Assembly (NCBI GenBank): GCA_031272405.1
Contig: JAISTW010000020.1
Location: forward strand, 7,970 to 71,969
DNA length: 64,000 nt
Reading direction: 5' to 3'
From: Desulfovibrio sp.
GTDB lineage: Bacteria; Desulfobacterota; Desulfovibrionia; Desulfovibrionales; Desulfovibrionaceae
Shown piece after piece: positions 20,808-30,381 of the stretch. The position numbers were made by a program, and so were the translations under genes. Position 1 is the stretch's first letter. Every line of letters starts with the position of its first letter. The notes beneath the pieces are model-generated. The model did no database searches, was not told the origin of the DNA, and was given only the letters and a program-made list of their open reading frames with translations.

Positions 20808-21464
20808 TCAGGATGCGGCGTATTCGTAGTAATGTTCCTTTTCTTCGGCCAGCAGATAGATGACGTTCACATCTTTGTAATCCGCCAGAAAAGCCTTGGG
20901 AAACTCCTTCAGGACTGTTTCCAGGCGGTTTCGGGCCATGTTCAGCATATCCTCGCGCTCGCCGAAAGCCATCGTGCCGGTGGGACAGGTCTTGACGCAG
21001 ATGGGCTGCATGCCAGCGGACACCCGGTCAAAGCACATGTCGCACTTGGTAAGCCGTTTGGTCTTTTTGTCCAAACGCGGGATATTATACGGGCAGGCCT
21101 CAATGACGGACTGCGCGTCTTCCTCGCTCAGTTGCGCCGTTTTTTCCGTGGCCAGCACCGCGCCGGTCTTTTCGTCCTGTATCATGGCGCCTTCCACGGA
21201 TGTGTCGGCCTGCCCCTTGCACGGCGGCTCCAGGCAATGCCGACACTGGTCGGGAAAAAAATTCCAGACGACCACGCCGTCTTTGTCAAGGTGTTCACGG
21301 AAGCGGACGATCTTGAGATTATTGGGATTCAGGTCGGGGGGATTCTGGTGCGAGCCGGTCTGTTTGGTTTCATTGGCCGGCAGATCATGCCATTCCTTGC
21401 AGGCCAACTGGCAACCCCGGCATGCCGTGCACCGTGTGGTGTCTATCAAAAATGTCTTCGGCAT
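20808..21464 (-). CDS. fdhB: Formate dehydrogenase iron-sulfur (beta) subunit
   Basis: CTACRGCQLACKEW, CRHCLEPPC, CPY, KCDMC, CVKTCP. Confidence 0.92.
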   Translation of the reverse strand: MPKTFLIDTTRCTACRGCQLACKEWHDLPANETKQTGSHQNPPDLNPNNLKIVRFREHLDKDGVVVWNFFPDQCRHCLEPPCKGQADTSVEGAMIQDEKTGAVLATEKTAQLSEEDAQSVIEACPYNIPRLDKKTKRLTKCDMCFDRVSAGMQPICVKTCPTGTMAFGEREDMLNMARNRLETVLKEFPKAFLADYKDVNVIYLLAEEKEHYYEYAAS

Positions 21465-21514
21465 AGCTATGCTCCTTGAAACGGCGCGCCCCGCAACGGA
21501 GCGCGCCCTGTCGG

Positions 21515-24500
21515 TTAGCCCAGTTCGGTCAGTTTGCCGGCCTTGAACACGTTCACGAGGCAGGCCTTGGACTCCTGAATGGTGGTGTTGGGGTCATAGG
21601 CGCCAATGGTCAGCCTGTTGGTGGAGTCGCCGCATTTGGGCGTCGTCCAGCCGAAACAGAAGGGCATGCCCACCAAATGAACGGTTTTGCCCATGACCTT
21701 GAAGGGGCGTATGCGCACAGTCACCATGGCTATGGCTTCCACCCGGCCGCGTATGCTCTCGATAACCACGCCGTCTCCGTTCTTGATGCCCTTTTCCTCG
21801 GCCAGTTCCCGACTCATCTCGACATAGAGCTGCGGTTCCGCCTCAAGGAGATTGGGCACGTTGCGGGTTTCTCCGCCGCCGCACCAGTGTTCCGTAAGGT
21901 TATAGGTGGTCAGCACAATGGGATATTTGGGATCGGCGGCCCTGGCCATTTTGTCCATATCCGACGTATGGAACTTGTATACCGGACTGCTGAGCTGTTT
22001 GGAGAAAGGATGGCTTGCCAGGGGCGTTTCCGCGGGCTCGTAGTGCTCGGGGAAGGGGCCGTCGTTGAGGCCTGGGCCATAGAGCTGGGCGTGCCCGTCC
22101 CTGTTCATGATGAAGGGCAGGGTTCCCTTTTCCTCGGACATGGGCGCCCACGGGCCGTCGGGCACATCACCCGTCCATTTGCCGTTTTCCCAGGCGATGA
22201 CGGCCTTTTCCGGATTCCAGGGCTTGCCGTTCATATCCACCGAGGCGCGGTTGTACAGAATGCGCCGGTTCACCGGCCAACACCAGGACCAATTGGGGAA
22301 GAGCCCGATATTGGCCTGCATGGGCGTCTGGCCGGCGTCGCGCCTTTTGGACTTGTTGCCCTCTTCCTCGGTATAGCTGCCGGTGTATATCCAGTTCAGC
22401 GACGAAGTGCTGCCGTCGTCCTTCAAAAAGCCGAAAGCCGGCACGAGCTGGCCGCGTTTGTAGGTCTTGTCCCCCGCCTTGCCGTCAGCCCAAAAGAAGC
22501 CGTTGATGCGGCGCGTCCATTCCTCGGCGTCGTATTTGTCCGGCCAGTGCAGCTTGAGGAGCGGTTCGGGCAGGGTTCCGCCCTCGGCCTTGTACATGTC
22601 CCGGAGCATGTTGATCAGCGGCACGACGACATCGGCGAAGTTGCGCGCCTCGCCGCCGGGCTTCACGCCCTGGTCGAACCACTGCAGCCAGCGGCCGCTG
22701 TTGCTGATGGTGCCGTCCTTTTCAATGCGATGGGCCGAGGGCAGCAAAAACACCTCGGTCTTGATCTTTTTGGGGTCAACGCCGGGTCTGTGCCAGTTCT
22801 CCGTGGTTTCGGAAGTGTGGATTTCCGAGCAGACCAGCCAGTCCAGATTGTCCAGGGCCTTGCGCATCTTGTTGGTGTTGGGGAAGCTGTTCATCGGATT
22901 CACGCCCATGATGAAGCCGCCGCGGATTTTCTTGTCGTACATCTTGTCCATGACGTACATGTACGAATAGTCCTGCCCCGGCTCCAGCTTGGGCAACAGG
23001 CCGTAACAGAAGTCGTTTTCCGGCGTGGCCGCGTCCCCGAACCAGCCCTTGAGCAGGCTGACCATGTACTTGGGACGGTTGCCCCACCAGTTGGGGCTGT
23101 TTTTCACCTTGGTGACGGGAGTATTGGCCTTGTGGTAGTCGGCCAGCGTCTGCCACTGGGCCTGAGGCGTGGCGTGATAGCCCGGCAGGTTGTTGTAGAG
23201 CAGGGCATGGTCCGTGGAACCCTGCACGTTGGGTTCCCCGCGCAGGGCGTTGATGCCGCCGCCGGCCACGCCGATGTTGCCCAGCAGCAACTGCACTATG
23301 GAGGACAGGCGGATATTCTGCGCGCCCACGGTGTGCTGCGTCCAGCCAAGGGCGTAAAGCATGGTTCCCGCCTTGTCCGGAGCGCCGGTGGCGCAGAAGG
23401 CCTTGTAGACCTTGAGCAGGTTGTCCCTGGAAACGCCGGTGACGTCGGAGACGTTTTTGAGCGTGTAGCGTGAGTAGTGCTTCTTCAGGAGGTTGAGGAC
23501 GCAGCGTTCGTTTTTCAGCGTGAGATCAATGACGGGAACGCCGTCCGGGCCCGTTTCAAAGGCCCATTTGCTCTTGTCGTAAGCGCGCTTTTTGGAGTCA
23601 AAGCCGCTGAAAAGGCCGTCTTTGAAGGCGTAGCCCTTGCCGACCACAAAGGCGGCGTTGGTGTAGCTGAGCACATATTCCTTGAAATAAAGACCGTTCT
23701 CAAGAATATAGTTGACCATGCCGCCGAGAAAGGGGACATCCGTGCCGGATCTCAGGGGCACATGGAAATCGCAGCGGGCCGAGGTGCGGGAAAACTTGGG
23801 GTCGACATGCATGAGCACGGCCCCGTTTTCCTTGGCCCGCGTGATCCACTTGAAGGCGATGGGATGGTGTTCCGCGGCGTTGCTGCCCATAATGAGCACA
23901 GCGTCGCTGTTTTTGATGTCTATCCAATGGTTCGTCATCGCGCCGCGTCCGAACGACTCTGCCAGAGCCGCAACAGTCGGGCTGTGTCAGACCCGGGCCT
24001 GGTGGTCCATATGGACAACTCCCAGGCCGCGCAAGGCTTGATGGATGACGGCGCATTCCTCGTTGGAGGCGTGCGAGGTTCCCATCCAGAATATGCTTTC
24101 GAGACGGTTGACCGTCTGTCCCTTCCCGTTTTTGAGGATCATGTCCTTGTCCCGGGCGTCCTTCACGCGCCGGGCTATCTGCTTCAGCGTCCAGTCCCAG
24201 TCCTTCTCCACCCACTTGTCGCTGTTGGGCGCGCGGTACATGGGTTTTTTAAGACGATGGTCGTTGGTGTACATGCTGTACAGCGCGGCACCCTTGGCGC
24301 AGAGCGCGCCCTCGTTGACCGGAAAATCCGGATCGCCTTCCGTGGAGACGAGCTTGCCGTCACGCACATAGGCGATGACCTGACAACAGACCGAGCAGAA
24401 AGGACAAACGCTGATGACTTCCTTTGCGCCCTCAATCTTGAGCGAGCCGGCGTAGGCTTTGGCCTCCCCCAAATCGAAGCCCAACTGCCCCAGCGTGAGG

Positions 24501-24553
24501 CAAAAAACCCCCGCACCGACGCCCTTGAGGAAACTCCGCCGAGTGCTTTTCAT
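21515..24553 (-). CDS. fdhA: Formate dehydrogenase alpha subunit, selenocysteine-containing (Sec189), Tat-exported, about 1012 aa
   Basis: Track ORFs 23987-24553 and 21515-23938 are one frame joined by TGA at 23987-23989: DHQARV-U-HSPTVAALAESFGRGAMTNHW. Tat signal TRRSFLKG; CPFCSVCC cluster motif. Confidence 0.95.
23954..23979 (-). promoter_or_regulatory. SECIS element of fdhA
   Basis: CGACTGTTGC-GGCTCTG-GCAGAGTCG hairpin just 3' of the in-frame UGA. Confidence 0.75.
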
Positions 24554-24743
24554 AGATTACTCCTTAAAGGTTTGCCCCCAGCGCGGACGTCGGGGCCGGC
24601 ACGGCCTTTTCCCGCTGCTGGTGGGAATGGAATCCATACTATGAAAGCACAGTTGCGGCATTGTGTCAAGGAGGTTTGGATTTTTTTACTGTGTTAGTTC
24701 TAGCATAATTGAGCGCGACACAGCCTGCCCAAAGGCCGGCCCA

Positions 24744-25091
24744 TCACGTCCCGTACATTTCGGCCTTGAGCCAGTCCTTGACGGCCTCGTCGGGAGCGAC
24801 GACGCCGCGGCAATTCCCGTGTTCGGCCCGAAATGCGCCGAGAAAACGCTCCGGAAGGGGCATTTCCATCAAATCGACGGCCCCCTCGTAACTGCGCTCC
24901 ACAAGCCGTATCACCGGGGGATCCTGCCAGCTGTCCACCACAAAATAGTGAACGACGTCGCTTTTGGAGCGCACCGGCGGATATTCGCCGCGCCAGTCGT
25001 TGTTGCCGAATTCCAGATACATCGTGACCGCGTGTTCAGGGGTGAGATTCCAGTCTATGCAGTATTCCGAAAAGCGTTTCAGATCGTCCAT
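24744..25091 (-). CDS. Conserved Desulfovibrio protein (DVU0772-like)
   Basis: MDDLKRFSEYCIDWNLTPEHAVTMYLEFGNN...YFVVDSW; the real gene is the C-terminal part of track ORF 24744-25652. Confidence 0.7.
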   Translation of the reverse strand: MDDLKRFSEYCIDWNLTPEHAVTMYLEFGNNDWRGEYPPVRSKSDVVHYFVVDSWQDPPVIRLVERSYEGAVDLMEMPLPERFLGAFRAEHGNCRGVVAPDEAVKDWLKAEMYGT

Positions 25092-25126
25092 GCAGATTCT
25101 CTCTTCGCGCCGTTGCGGCGCGCTGT

Positions 25127-26440
25127 TTAAGCCGGTTTTTCCCTGAAAAAAACAAAAAAGAATGTTCCCGCGGCCAATCCGGCCGCGGCGACAGCGAAGG
25201 CGTCGCTGTACGCTTGGCTGGAATAGCCCCCGCCCGGAAGCATGTTGTGGGCCTCCAGCACCACTCCCATCACCGTCTGAAAAAACGCGCCTCCGAGAAA
25301 GAGGAATATGTTTATCGAGCCGAGCGCCGTGCCCGCGTATTTTTGTTCCACGGTTTCCTTGGCGCAGGCGTAGTTGACGACAAAGGCGCTCCCGGTCGCC
25401 CCATAGGCCAAAAACAGAATATACATCTGCACGAGGCCGAGGCTGTCCGTCATAAAGACCAGCGGCGCGTAGGCGAGAATATGCAACATGGCCCCGTACA
25501 GCAACACCTTTTTTCTGGAATGGAACACCTTGTCGGACAGATAGCCGGAGAGGGGACAACAGAAAATGAAGGCCAGGGGAATCATCATGAGGAGGTTGCC
25601 GGCAGCCTGTTTGGACAGCCCGTACACGTCCTGCAGATACGGCCCCAGCCACAATGATCCCACGCCCAGCAACGTCCCGTAATAGCAGAACAGGAGCAGG
25701 GCGATGAGGGAAAACCGCCCGTTGGAGAAAACGCTGACCAGGGCTTCGCGCAGGCCGATGCGCTCCGCCGCGCGCAAAGGCGCTTCGGCCCGCGGCGGCC
25801 TGTCGCGCACGGTCAACCAGCAGTAATACGAGGAAAAGAGCGTAAAAACGGCCACCGCGACGAAAAGGAGCCTCCAGCCGAAAAACCCCATGAGAAAGGC
25901 AAGGGGCGCCGCGGAAAGAAGCGCGCCCAGATTGCCTATGCCAAGCAGAAGACCGCTGTATGTTCCGAGTTCGTCCGGCTCATACCACTCGGTCATCACC
26001 CGCACGGCGGGCACATAGGCGAAGCCGACGCCCAAACCGACGAGAAAGCGCCCCAGGGCAAGGAGATAAAAATCCGGGGCGGCCGCGAAAATGACGCTGC
26101 CCAGCGCCGCGATCAGGACGCATATGGAAATCGTCTTTCTCGGCCCCAGTGTGTCGGAAAGCAACCCGGCCGGTATCTGCGCCGCCGCGTACCCCCAGGC
26201 GTACATGGACACGAGCACGCCCAGGTATGAAGGAGACAGGGAAAGCTCCGCAGCTATCTCCGGCGCGACGACCGCCGGGGCGGAGCGCTGAAAATAGGAA
26301 ACCAGATAGGGAAAGGTTATCCCCAGAAAAAGCTGTATCCTCCGGCTGTCTATTGCCCGAATCCTCCTGTCCATTGCCCGAATCCTCAAGGTGAATGCCG
26401 CGTCACGAGAAGATACTGCAAGAAACATGCCCTCTGTCAA
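25127..26440 (-). CDS. MFS transporter
   Basis: About 12 TM segments, GLLSDTLGPRK motif A, YLVSYFQR; divergent from the GRE. True start may be about 26374. Confidence 0.9.
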   Translation of the reverse strand: MTEGMFLAVSSRDAAFTLRIRAMDRRIRAIDSRRIQLFLGITFPYLVSYFQRSAPAVVAPEIAAELSLSPSYLGVLVSMYAWGYAAAQIPAGLLSDTLGPRKTISICVLIAALGSVIFAAAPDFYLLALGRFLVGLGVGFAYVPAVRVMTEWYEPDELGTYSGLLLGIGNLGALLSAAPLAFLMGFFGWRLLFVAVAVFTLFSSYYCWLTVRDRPPRAEAPLRAAERIGLREALVSVFSNGRFSLIALLLFCYYGTLLGVGSLWLGPYLQDVYGLSKQAAGNLLMMIPLAFIFCCPLSGYLSDKVFHSRKKVLLYGAMLHILAYAPLVFMTDSLGLVQMYILFLAYGATGSAFVVNYACAKETVEQKYAGTALGSINIFLFLGGAFFQTVMGVVLEAHNMLPGGGYSSQAYSDAFAVAAAGLAAGTFFFVFFREKPA

Positions 26441-26540
26441 TCCTGTTGGCCGTCCGGTCGCAGCCTGTTCGCGGCAAGTCCGGGGCCGGACGGAAGGCGC
26501 GACGCATGTGTGACGCGCGCAACATTTTTCCGCTTTTGTC

Positions 26541-26558
26541 TGTACTGAAAACGAAACA
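26541..26558. promoter_or_regulatory. Candidate enhancer (UAS) for a sigma54 activator, TGT-N12-ACA
   Basis: TGTACTGAAAACGAAACA about 170 bp upstream of the sigma54 promoter; similar TGTAC...ACA boxes at 38664 and 38729. Confidence 0.45.
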
Positions 26559-26728
26559 CTGTACTCTTTTCACAGCATTCACAGAAACGCTGTACCGGAT
26601 TATTTTTATACATTATTTCAAGTAATTATCGTATACTCCCGACTGGCCATGCCGGGCCCGTGCGCGGCAGGGCCGGCAAGAAGCGGGATTTGTGTGTATA
26701 ACATAGTAAAATTACATTATTTTTTTGT

Positions 26729-26744
26729 TGGCATGCTCCTTGCT
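26729..26744 (+). promoter_or_regulatory. sigma54 (-24/-12) promoter of the GRE operon
   Basis: TGGCAT-GCTCC-TTGCT matches TGGCAC-N5-TTGCW; AT-rich tract upstream. Confidence 0.85.
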
Positions 26745-26821
26745 ATGTCCATAAGCGTTTTGGATGCGACAGCGTCCTCGCGGACGCTACAAATATTGTA
26801 AATGCCTCAAAGGAGGACGAA

Positions 26822-29257
26822 ATGCTGAAGGACACAGTGAAAAAAGATTCCGAAACCTGCGCCATCAACTGGAGCACAGCCGAACAGCGGATCAAGGCCC
26901 ACAAGGCGTTCCTTATGGACGCCCCGCAAAAGATGGATCCGCAACGCCTCCAGTTCCTCATGGAAGTGTATGAGGAGCACAAGGGAGAGTCCAATGTGAT
27001 GCTCCGGGCCAGAGTTTTGGAGCGCGTTCTGACCAGGAAGGATATCTTTCTGGACGGGAACCCCGTCGTCGGCACGATGACCGGCGTGCGGGCCGGCGTG
27101 TATCCCTATCCGGAATGGCAGGTCAACTGGATCAAGGACGAGCTTGACATGGTCAAGATGTCCTCCCTGGGCGAAGTGAGCATCCCCGAAGAGACACAGA
27201 ATCTGCTGAAAAAAGTCTACAAGCAGTGGAAAGGCAACACGACCTATGACCGGGCCAACAAAATCTACAAGGAAATTTACGGCGAAAACGCCGAACTGCT
27301 GGTGAAGTCCGGCTGGATTTATCCGGTCAACGACAACAGCACCGGCTCCGGCGCCTGCAACTACGCCAAGGTGATCAACAAGGGCATCGCGGCGATTCTG
27401 AAGGAAGTGGACGAATACCTGGAAGCCCTTCCCAAGAAGGCGACCAATGTTCCCAAGATGGAATTCTACAGGGCGTGCCAGATAGCCCTCAAGGCTGTCG
27501 TGGCCTACGCCAACCGCTACGCCGACCTTGCCCAGGCCGAGGCGGAGAAGGAAACGGATCCCAAGGCCAAGGCGGAACTGCTGGAAATCGCCGAAGTCTG
27601 CCGCCGCGTGCCCGAATTCCCCGCGCGCAATTTCCGCGAAGCCGTGCAGGCTTTCTGGTTTACGCATTTGTGCATCGAGATTGAGCAGGCCGGTTGCGGA
27701 ACGTCTCCGGGCCGCTACGGTCAGTACATGTACCCCTACTACCGCAAAGACCTTGACGAAGGCACGCTGACCCGCGAGCAGGCCCTCACCCTGCTCAAGT
27801 TCCAGTTCATCAAGCATCTGGAAGTGGCTGTTTATCAGGGCACGGCGTACGCTCTCGCCCTTTCCGGCCACACGGGCCAGGTTATTTCCATCGGCGGCAT
27901 GACCGAGGACGGCGAAGACGCCAGCACGGAACTTGAAGAACTCCTCATGGACTGCCAGATAGCCATGAAGAACATCCAGCCCACGCTGGCCCTCTTCTAT
28001 CATCCCAAAATGAAGGAATCCTACCTGCACAAGGCCATAGACGTCATCCGCACCGGCGTCGGCCAACCGCAGTTCATGAACAACGCCGTGGTCATTCAAC
28101 GCCACCTCGCCCGCTTCGGCACGCGCGGCATCACAATCGGCGAAGTCCGCAAAAACTGCGTCGTCTTCGGCTGCGTGGGCACAGGCCAGGCCGGCCAGGG
28201 CTCCTACGTGACCTTCGAAGGCCAGCCCAACCTCGCCAAACTCGTGGAATTCACGCTGAATGACGGGTATGATCCCTACACCAAGAAGCAGATCGGCATC
28301 AAGGTCGGCGATCCCAAATCTTTCGCCACCTTCGAGGACTTCTATGAAGCCTTCAAAAAGCATACGGCCCATTGCCTGAAATTGCAGCGCAGGATAACCG
28401 ACATAGGCAACTCCATGCGGGAGGAGATCGTTCCGAGCATCTTCCGTTCCAGCGTGATTGAAGGCTGCCTGGAAAAGGGCCTCTACGAGGAACAGGGCGG
28501 CCCCAAATACGCGCAGTCGCTGTGCATCACCACCAGCGGCGTTGACGCGGCCAACTCCCTCTACGCCATCAAACATCTTGTGTACGACACAAAGAAACTC
28601 AGCATGGAACGCCTGCTGCAGGCCCTTGCGGCCAATTTCGAAGGCTACGAGGAAGAGCGGAAGCTGTGCTTCGAAGCGCCCAAGCACGGCAACGACGATC
28701 CCGATGTGGACGCGTTGGTGCAGCGCATGTACCGGGACGTCGAGCAGATATACCGGGCGACAGGGACGGATTATTTCGGCTATGAAGCCAGGATGGACGC
28801 CTTCTCCCTGTCCTTCCACAACTACTTCGCTCCCATGACGGGCGCGCTGCCCAACGGGCGCAGAAGGGGCGAACCCATGACGGACGCCAGCGTCTCCGCC
28901 ATGCCAGGCACGGACGTCAACGGCATCACCGCCATGCTCAAATCCGCGGCCAAGGCCGTGGACACCGTCAAGTTCAACGCGAACCACCTGAACGTCAAGC
29001 TGCTGCCCTCCTTCCTGGAAGGTCCGGCCGGCGCCCGCACCCTGCTCGCGCTCATCAAGACCTACTATGACCTGGGCGGTTGCCATATCCAGTTCAACTG
29101 CGTTGACACGGAAACGCTGAAAGAGGCCCAGAAGAAACCCGAAAACCACAAGGAACTGGTCGTCCGCGTGGCTGGATTCAGCGCCTACTTCACACGTCTC
29201 GACAAGGGCGTGCAGAGCGAAATCATCAAGCGCACCCAGTACGCCACAGCGCAATAG
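26822..29257 (+). CDS. Glycyl radical enzyme of unknown substrate (not canonical PFL)
   Basis: RVAGFSAYF Gly loop (Gly785), FGCVGTG Cys loop (Cys451), KHGNDD, GALPNGR, HIQFN; AGGAGG RBS. Confidence 0.92.
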   Translation: MLKDTVKKDSETCAINWSTAEQRIKAHKAFLMDAPQKMDPQRLQFLMEVYEEHKGESNVMLRARVLERVLTRKDIFLDGNPVVGTMTGVRAGVYPYPEWQVNWIKDELDMVKMSSLGEVSIPEETQNLLKKVYKQWKGNTTYDRANKIYKEIYGENAELLVKSGWIYPVNDNSTGSGACNYAKVINKGIAAILKEVDEYLEALPKKATNVPKMEFYRACQIALKAVVAYANRYADLAQAEAEKETDPKAKAELLEIAEVCRRVPEFPARNFREAVQAFWFTHLCIEIEQAGCGTSPGRYGQYMYPYYRKDLDEGTLTREQALTLLKFQFIKHLEVAVYQGTAYALALSGHTGQVISIGGMTEDGEDASTELEELLMDCQIAMKNIQPTLALFYHPKMKESYLHKAIDVIRTGVGQPQFMNNAVVIQRHLARFGTRGITIGEVRKNCVVFGCVGTGQAGQGSYVTFEGQPNLAKLVEFTLNDGYDPYTKKQIGIKVGDPKSFATFEDFYEAFKKHTAHCLKLQRRITDIGNSMREEIVPSIFRSSVIEGCLEKGLYEEQGGPKYAQSLCITTSGVDAANSLYAIKHLVYDTKKLSMERLLQALAANFEGYEEERKLCFEAPKHGNDDPDVDALVQRMYRDVEQIYRATGTDYFGYEARMDAFSLSFHNYFAPMTGALPNGRRRGEPMTDASVSAMPGTDVNGITAMLKSAAKAVDTVKFNANHLNVKLLPSFLEGPAGARTLLALIKTYYDLGGCHIQFNCVDTETLKEAQKKPENHKELVVRVAGFSAYFTRLDKGVQSEIIKRTQYATAQ

Positions 29258-29269
29258 TTCCTCACACCC

Positions 29270-29315
29270 CCGGCGTCAATCCCGGAGCACCCACCCCGCT
29301 TCGGGTTGACGCCGG
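29270..29315 (+). other. Stem-loop after the GRE stop (mRNA stabiliser or partial terminator)
   Basis: CCGGCGTCAA...TTGACGCCGG with inner CCCGGAGC/GCTTCGGG pairing; no U tract. Confidence 0.6.
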
Positions 29316-29337
29316 AATATGAGATGAGAGCATCCCC

Positions 29338-29619
29338 ATGAACATCGCCATTACGGATGAGGCCGCAGCAAGACTGCGCGAGCTCCTGGAAGAGGAAGGC
29401 GGCGACGCTGTGGTGCGCATCCGGGAAACCAAGATAGGCGACGGATGAAAAAGCAAATTCGTGCTCAGGCTGAGCATAGACGAGCGCGAGGACGACGATG
29501 TGGAAGGTGTTGCCGCCTCTCTTCCCTTCGTCATCAATGAGGAATTGGCAGAGCAGTACGGACGGGAGTTTTCCGTCGCCGTTGACGAACATCTAACGCT
29601 GGTCGTGGACGCGGCATAG
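29338..29619 (+). CDS. HesB/ErpA-related predicted selenoprotein 1 (93 aa, Sec37)
   Basis: Hand translation MNIAITDEAAARLRELLEEEGGDAVVRIRETKIGDG-U(TGA 29446)-KSKFVLRLSIDEREDDDVEGVAASLPFVINEELAEQYG...; SECIS-like hairpin at 29461. Confidence 0.85.
29461..29480 (+). promoter_or_regulatory. SECIS-like hairpin, selenoprotein 1
   Basis: GTGCTC-AGGCT-GAGCAT, starting 12 nt after the UGA; 20 nt identical in the paralogue. Confidence 0.75.
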
Positions 29620-29665
29620 CGTCCCTTTTGGACACCCCGGCACACATGCGACAAGGACAACAACT

Positions 29666-29947
29666 ATGAACATCGCCATAACCGATGAGGCCGTCAAAAG
29701 ACTCAATGCCCTTCTGGAAGACGAAGGCGAAGACGCCGTCGTCAGAATTCGTGAAACCCAGGTTGGCCCGCCGTGAAAACGCCAGACTGTGCTCAGGCTG
29801 AGCATAGATGAACGCGAAGACGACGATGTGGAAGAAGCCGTCAACGCTCTGCCCTTCGTCATCAATGAAGAGCTTTTTGAACAGTATGGAGAAAACTATT
29901 CGGTGACGCTGGATGAAAACCAGGTGCCGGTCATCGTCGCCGGATAG
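29666..29947 (+). CDS. HesB/ErpA-related predicted selenoprotein 2 (93 aa, Sec37)
   Basis: MNIAITDEAVKRLNALLEDEGEDAVVRIRETQVGPP-U(TGA 29774)-KRQTVLRLSIDEREDDDVEEAVNALPFVINEELFEQYG...; AAGGA RBS; 62/93 residues identical to paralogue 1 by hand count. Confidence 0.85.
29789..29808 (+). promoter_or_regulatory. SECIS-like hairpin, selenoprotein 2
   Basis: GTGCTCAGGCTGAGCATAGA, starting 12 nt after the UGA. Confidence 0.75.
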
Positions 29948-30011
29948 TCGCGCATCAGCGGCGTCGGTTCGCGACAATCGAACCGGCGCCGAACAGGTTC
30001 CCGGACACGCA

Positions 30012-30377
30012 ATGCTGAACATCACCCTTACGGACGCCGCCCGTGGCGCGCTGCGACAACTCCAGGACAGGGAAGAGGGACTTTCCCGCTTCCGTCTGCG
30101 CGAATTCGTCAGCGGTTGCGGCGTGGCCTGCCGCGGAGAGGTGCGCAGATCCCTGAGACTTGTTCTGGAAGAATGTCCCGAAAAAAACGAATGCCCGGAA
30201 GAAGACGACCTGACGCGGGAGGCGGACGGATTCCGCTTCGTCATGGAAAAAATTCTCCTGGCCAATTACGGCAACTCCTTTTTCATCACTCTGGGGCAGG
30301 ATAAAATGCCCGCTGTCGCTCCTCTGTCTGCGCTGTGCGAAAACGCGCTGAAAAAGCTCGGAACCGAAATGAGGTGA
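30012..30377 (+). CDS. HesB/ErpA-related Cys-containing paralogue (121 aa)
   Basis: MLNITLTDAARGALRQL...FRLREFVSGCGVAC...SLRLVLEE...EDD...FRFVME...NYG aligns with the two Sec proteins, with Cys at or near the Sec position. Confidence 0.7.
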   Translation: MLNITLTDAARGALRQLQDREEGLSRFRLREFVSGCGVACRGEVRRSLRLVLEECPEKNECPEEDDLTREADGFRFVMEKILLANYGNSFFITLGQDKMPAVAPLSALCENALKKLGTEMR

Positions 30378-30381
30378 CGCT

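Noticed and set aside
26352-26387. ATTGCCCGAATCCTC repeated twice at the MFS start
   Set aside because: Only two copies, probably a local duplication; no function can be supported.
26807-29254. 815-aa ORF antisense to the GRE, and similar long shadows (3500-5695, 21476-23473, 33006-35093, 35749-38640, 38634-40634, 52429-54222)
   Set aside because: They mirror well-supported genes on the other strand; codon bias removes stops in the antisense frame.
26822-29257. Annotating the GRE as pflB, cutC or isethionate sulfite-lyase
   Set aside because: It lacks the CC and CxE loops, and the expected partner genes are absent.
29338-29947. Reading the two short TGA-interrupted genes as pseudogenes
   Set aside because: TGA at the same codon in two diverged paralogues, conserved downstream coding sequence, an identical hairpin at fixed spacing and Cys in the third paralogue all favour selenocysteine.
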